A stretch of DNA of 53,881 nt, the filler included, from Sphacelaria rigidula (Eukaryota): the NCBI GenBank assembly GCA_964200075.2. It is 5 parts of 5 records of this genome, joined end to end, with 100 filler letters (N's around TTAATTAATTAA, not from the genome) between each part and the next. Parts side by side here need not be neighbours in the genome. Positions count along the whole stretch, not along the records: positions 43,187 to 53,881 come from CAXNAA020006069.1; 4 more parts are not named here. One strand, given 5' to 3'. Made by a program: the position numbers and the translations under genes. The notes beneath the pieces are model-generated. The model worked only from the letters and a program-made list of their open reading frames with translations, ran no database searches and was not told the origin of the DNA. Shown here piece by piece: positions 49,701 to 53,881 of the stretch. Positions within the stretch are counted from its first letter, which is position 1. The number at the start of each line of letters is the position of its first letter.

Positions 49701-52700
49701 CGAATTATGATACAGGCGTGGCAGCACCGCCTGGAATGTACCAGGATCGCAAACGCGTAGGCAAAATATCTGTTATTTGCGTATGTCGCAGCAACGCCGA
49801 TGAGAGCTCTCATCAAGTTCTGCACTAATACCAACATTCACTTGATCGTATAAAACAGGCGTACTGTCAATTGGAAAACAATGGAGCCAGAAGCTCACAC
49901 TATATACGAGAACTGTTCCGGTTCATATGAAAATCTGCGAGTCTGGCCAGGATTCAACCGGGTGTACGAAATATGGGAAAATTGTCCTAGATTTACCCGG
50001 GGAAGAACAGCAAGTCCTTTCGAGGTGGCACAATCTGCCAAGCCCCCGTTTTTGGGCAAGAGTCGGTGCCGATTTGCCGTTTTTTTTCTTCTCAAAATCA
50101 AGATCGTTGGCGTTCGATTGAAGAGTGGCTCACACTGGCAGGTATCCGACAATGTTTGGCGAAGCCCTCTAAAGTTTAGCGCACCTGATAACGTGTTTGG
50201 GGTACTCGTTTTATGTGACCGAAAATCTCTGGCGGTGTTTCAAGAACTTGTTTCACGGTCGAAGATATTTGACAACGACTGCCGGATATCTGTCTATGTC
50301 CGGGGAAGCTCCAAAACATTAGAAGAATACCCAGTATCGTTTGAGAAAGCTATTCTGAACCGCAGAACACCTGACACCGTCTTGGTGATGGTTTTTGCGG
50401 GCGTGGATGTTCGACATATCTTCAAAGTATGCATTAATTATATGCATACGTTATAGAGTATACAGATGTTTTGTATTTTTTTCTGCCTTCTGCTGAGAAA
50501 TTTGATTGATTGAGAGTGTGATTCATTGATTCATTGCCGCACTTTAAGTGACCCCCCAGGGATTCAGCCGTGGTCACATAGTGGACAAAACTAAAAAAGG
50601 AGAAACAGGAAGAAAAGTGGAAGAGAACAACATAGTAGACTGAGAGGAAAAAAAAACAAACTATGAGTATAAAAAAGAAAAAAACATCAGGGGAAGAAAT
50701 AACCGGTCTCTGCCACATGGCTTCGACGTACAAGGTCTTGCGCAGAACCACACTTATGGCCAGTCGTGGAAAACAACAGGCTGTGGAAGGGAAAATATTG
50801 CAGCTCATCTACTTCGAACGCTCTATTTAGGGTATGGACCCTCTCATCCACGAAGAAACACATGAATCAAGGTACCACACTGCTCTGCCATACACCGTCA
50901 GGATTGAACACACACATATATATATAGAGGGAGAGGAAGATGGGGAAGAGGGAGAACAGGGAAGGAGACTACAGAAGTGAAGCCCAAAAAATTCAGGGCA
51001 GTAGAGTAGGTACAGACACACACCAGGGGGGCACCGCAGAGCCACCGACTGAGGATGCAATCAACAACCGATATGAGCGGACAGGATCCTTCGATTGGTG
51101 AAGCGAAATCGAAATCTTGTACTGTCCAAGAACTGGCGAAGGCATGGAGCAAGTATGTAATTGGCCTCGCTCAGTCTTTGTCGACGTCGCTGGTTTCCAG
51201 AGCCCAAGCCTGAAGAATTATTCGAGTTTTTTTCTCCACACCTTCTCCTGCTGATTTTCCGCAGCTCTGCCGCCGTCGTTTGCCTACTTAACCGTTTTGG
51301 AACCGTTGATGGGAAAAAGACGATTTACAACTGACGTTTCGTTGGACAAGATATGGTTGTTTTTCTACAGGTGTTGATGATGCAGCCCACCAAAATGGTG
51401 TAACACTAAGTTCAAGTATGCTAGTGTGACAGATTCGTGCACCGAACTCGAAATTAAGCTTTCCCGGTGACGAAAAACTCGCAAATGAGAGTTTCTACTG
51501 TTTTTCGTGAGTTCCAAAAGGGTGAAAATCAAATGGCGGCAGCCAGTGTACGGCAGACCGCGGTCAACGTCCTACGTACCTGACCGCCGTCGACACATCT
51601 GAGAGAAATCCCATGTCCACAGGTCAATGCAGTTCTACCGGCATGCACCACGTGGACAAGTATCACTGCAGGTGCGCTCCAAAAGATACCGCGTGTCTGC
51701 TGGTGGCTTGAATCCCGCGGCTCGTCCGCAACATGCCTCACAGAAATTGAGCTCAGTGATTGGCGGAACACATCGATCTTTACCGAAATATCTAAGGATG
51801 ACTATCGCGCTTGCCGTATATGAGACAATTTCCTTTCCTGCTTTTAAGTAATTGATGATCAGCTTCCCTGTGAAAGTCGGCAATATGCACCGGAGTCGCT
51901 TCTGCGTGCCATTTTCAATCTGTTCCGCCTGTATCCGGTCTAAGAATCCCGCGTTTGGGCTACAGTATCCGAAAAAAAAAGGAAAAAAAATGTCAAACAC
52001 GCCCATGTCCAATTTTTTGTCGTTGGAATTCGTCAGTAAAGAGATGCCGGAGTCCCGAGAAATGATGGAAATTTTGTGTTAATTGTCCAGGATGTTGGTG
52101 TCTGGCTAGAGACGGACTGGTACAGGAAGCAGGCTGTCATCAAGGAAATCAAGAAGGACAGCTACGCATTTAAGCACACAGAACTTCAGGTGAGATGATA
52201 GCCGTGGACATGAACGTGCTGGATCCGCGCTGCTCAACTATCCCACATACGCTGAGTATGTCGAAGGACGAAAATCATACCTAGTGAGGGAGAGATGGGT
52301 TGACCCCTTAAGACCACGGACTCATTCCAAGGAAGCAGAAAGGTTCAAAGTTTGAAAAAAACCCCGAAGATAAGCGTGTGATGCGTGGCATCATTCCGTT
52401 GCAGCGCAGGGCAACTTGCTCACGCTTAGTTTGGTTTCTCGTAGCGTCTGATCTCACACCGTGGCTATCCACGTTTTTTATGCACTTTTCATCTGTGAAG
52501 ATGTGGTATTGCCTTGGAGGGTGGCACGCCCGCTCAGTCGTATTTTCGTTGGCCCCGAGCTCAAAATGCTTGTCGTTGTCCGTTAGGTGGGCGACGCGCT
52601 GATCGCGATTAACGATGTCGCCACCCACGGCGTCGCATTCTCCGAGGTCATGTCGAGATTAAAGTCTTCCCTTCGGAGTGGGTCTGCAGTGGTGCTTCGT

Positions 52701-53345
52701 TTTCGCACTATGGAGGAGCGCTACCGGTTGTTGCGAATGAAGGTAAGAGAACAACACTATGTTTTGCTATTTTTGTTCCGGACAAAATTGTTGTCAGCAC
52801 CATTTGGGTGATGAATGACATCTGTTAACGCAATCTTAGGGGTCATGTTCGTTTATCTGGGTCCGCAGAGCATGCGATCGACCCACCTGTCATTTTGTTG
52901 TTGGTCACCTACATTCAACCACTTGCCCTCCCCCTGTAATGAATCGAGGAATATGCGTACAATATTCACGTACAGTTCGCTTGTCTCGGCAGACTCCAGC
53001 TATCACAGTCTCGTCGGATTCATGTCAAACTTGCAGCGATTTGCGTATTCTGATCGGATGAATATCGCATCCCTTTCAACGTGGATGTACGCCAGCGATT
53101 CAATTTTTCGAGGACGTGCTTCAAAAGTTCTCTTCCCGCTCCGTAATGAATTGAATTGTTAGGCATTGCGCAGAAAGATGGTCCGACATGACACCGACCT
53201 AGAGTCGCCGGACCCTAACAGCCACGAGGGAATGAACGATGCTTTTGGGCAACACAACGACTCGGTCCACAGCAACGTCGCCGGCGTCGGAGGCGCCTAT
53301 TTCACGCACAGCAGGGACGACTCGAGTCACGACTACAGGCCTCTG
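43731..53345 (+). CDS. VPS13: VPS13-family lipid-transfer protein, internal part (VAB/SHR-BD region plus PDZ-like insert); exons 43731-43829, 44666-45203, 46717-46773, 47139-47308, 48288-48381, 48782-48934, 52091-52189, 52587-52742, 53163-53345
   Basis: Nine exons with AG/GT boundaries splice in consistent phase with no stops. The motifs YRQD, MFNF...KASVQVEESEWSKPFSMETVG, LELGFTI...GQFTKVVQFWPRLLVVNRLGRSLLLEQ, GQPFHL...RELRVK and WERSASFPVDSVGEYSLRL are typical of VPS13 VAB repeats. Confidence 0.88.
45450..45850 (-). pseudogene. Short degenerate Ty1/copia reverse-transcriptase C-terminal remnant in a VPS13 intron
   Basis: HASIYNAVRIIARFS followed, after a frameshift, by VKYPLQG...RVTYAK resembles copia RPDIxxAVxxxARF...LxYLxGT..GITY. 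Confidence 0.4.
47802..48099 (-). mobile_element. tRNA-derived SINE, copy C (in a VPS13 intron)
   Basis: The minus strand reads GGTCGCCCCGGTGGCTCAGTTGG (A box)...GAGGTTCGATTCCCGG (B box). The body is homologous to copies A and B. Confidence 0.85.
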
Positions 53346-53881
53346 GTGAGCGCAAGAATCGCTTCAACCCATGCTACCTAAAGAGATTGAGCTGAGCAGG
53401 ATCACACACACAGGAAAGTTTTCCCTGTGTCGGTCCGTCAGTTGATGTCACCGAACACGCGGAAGTGAGCGAAGTGTCTCCATAGGATATAACAGTAAAG
53501 TGCGATAACATGTAGCACAATCCTCGCCACGCATGTCATCTTCATCGAAATATTGCAGTTTTTTTTTACCGTCACACGTGCAACCTCTTTCCTTGTTCGG
53601 GACGAGTCCTTTTTCTCAAATGATCGTTCCATTCATTCCCCGGTATACGCCATGCAATGTGATGTCGCGGATTGGATCATGACTAACATTCCCGCATCGC
53701 TTGGACCTTCATCGTACTCAACCGTGTTTGTTACCCGCGTCCTTGTGTTGTCAACGACGAAGTGATGCTACGATAATGGGGTTGGGGGGGGGGGGGGGGG
53801 GGTGTACTATGGATCTGCACACCCCTGGTCACCAACCACTTCACCCCCCCACCCACAAAAGCCGGGACGAGGCCCCCGGGG

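Noticed and set aside
49881..50456. 191-aa ORF as a nested gene or extra exon in the long VPS13 intron
   Set aside because: No recognisable domain, and the flanking VPS13 exons already join cleanly in phase 0.

Overview
Eukaryotic, intron-rich, repeat-rich nuclear DNA. Gene structure and repeat style suggest a stramenopile, probably a brown alga (inference). The window is not one locus. It is five separate contigs of 10697, 10697, 10696, 10696 and 10695 bp joined by identical 100-bp artificial spacers (44 N + TTAATTAATTAA + 44 N), so nothing should be inferred across spacers. Contig 1 (1-10697) holds two spliced exons of an RRM protein plus dispersed repeats. Contig 2 (10798-21494) is almost all transposon debris: foldback/MITE palindromes, a large inverted duplication, two Ty1/copia remnants and a tRNA-derived SINE. 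Contig 3 (21595-32290) holds a minus-strand multi-exon gene of unknown function with a probable GC-AG intron. Contig 4 (32391-43086) holds the 5' part of a cyclophilin with a mitochondrial-type presequence and a transmembrane segment, plus a possible type II membrane protein gene. Contig 5 (43187-53881) holds nine in-frame exons of a VPS13-family gene, with a PDZ-like domain inserted in or next to the VAB/SHR-BD repeats. I found no rRNA, true tRNA gene, CRISPR array or prokaryotic system. Most ORFs in the supplied track are incidental. The best leads are the VPS13-PDZ architecture, the membrane-anchored cyclophilin, and a tRNA-headed SINE whose 3' end is repeated next to a PBS-like motif and a copia gag.
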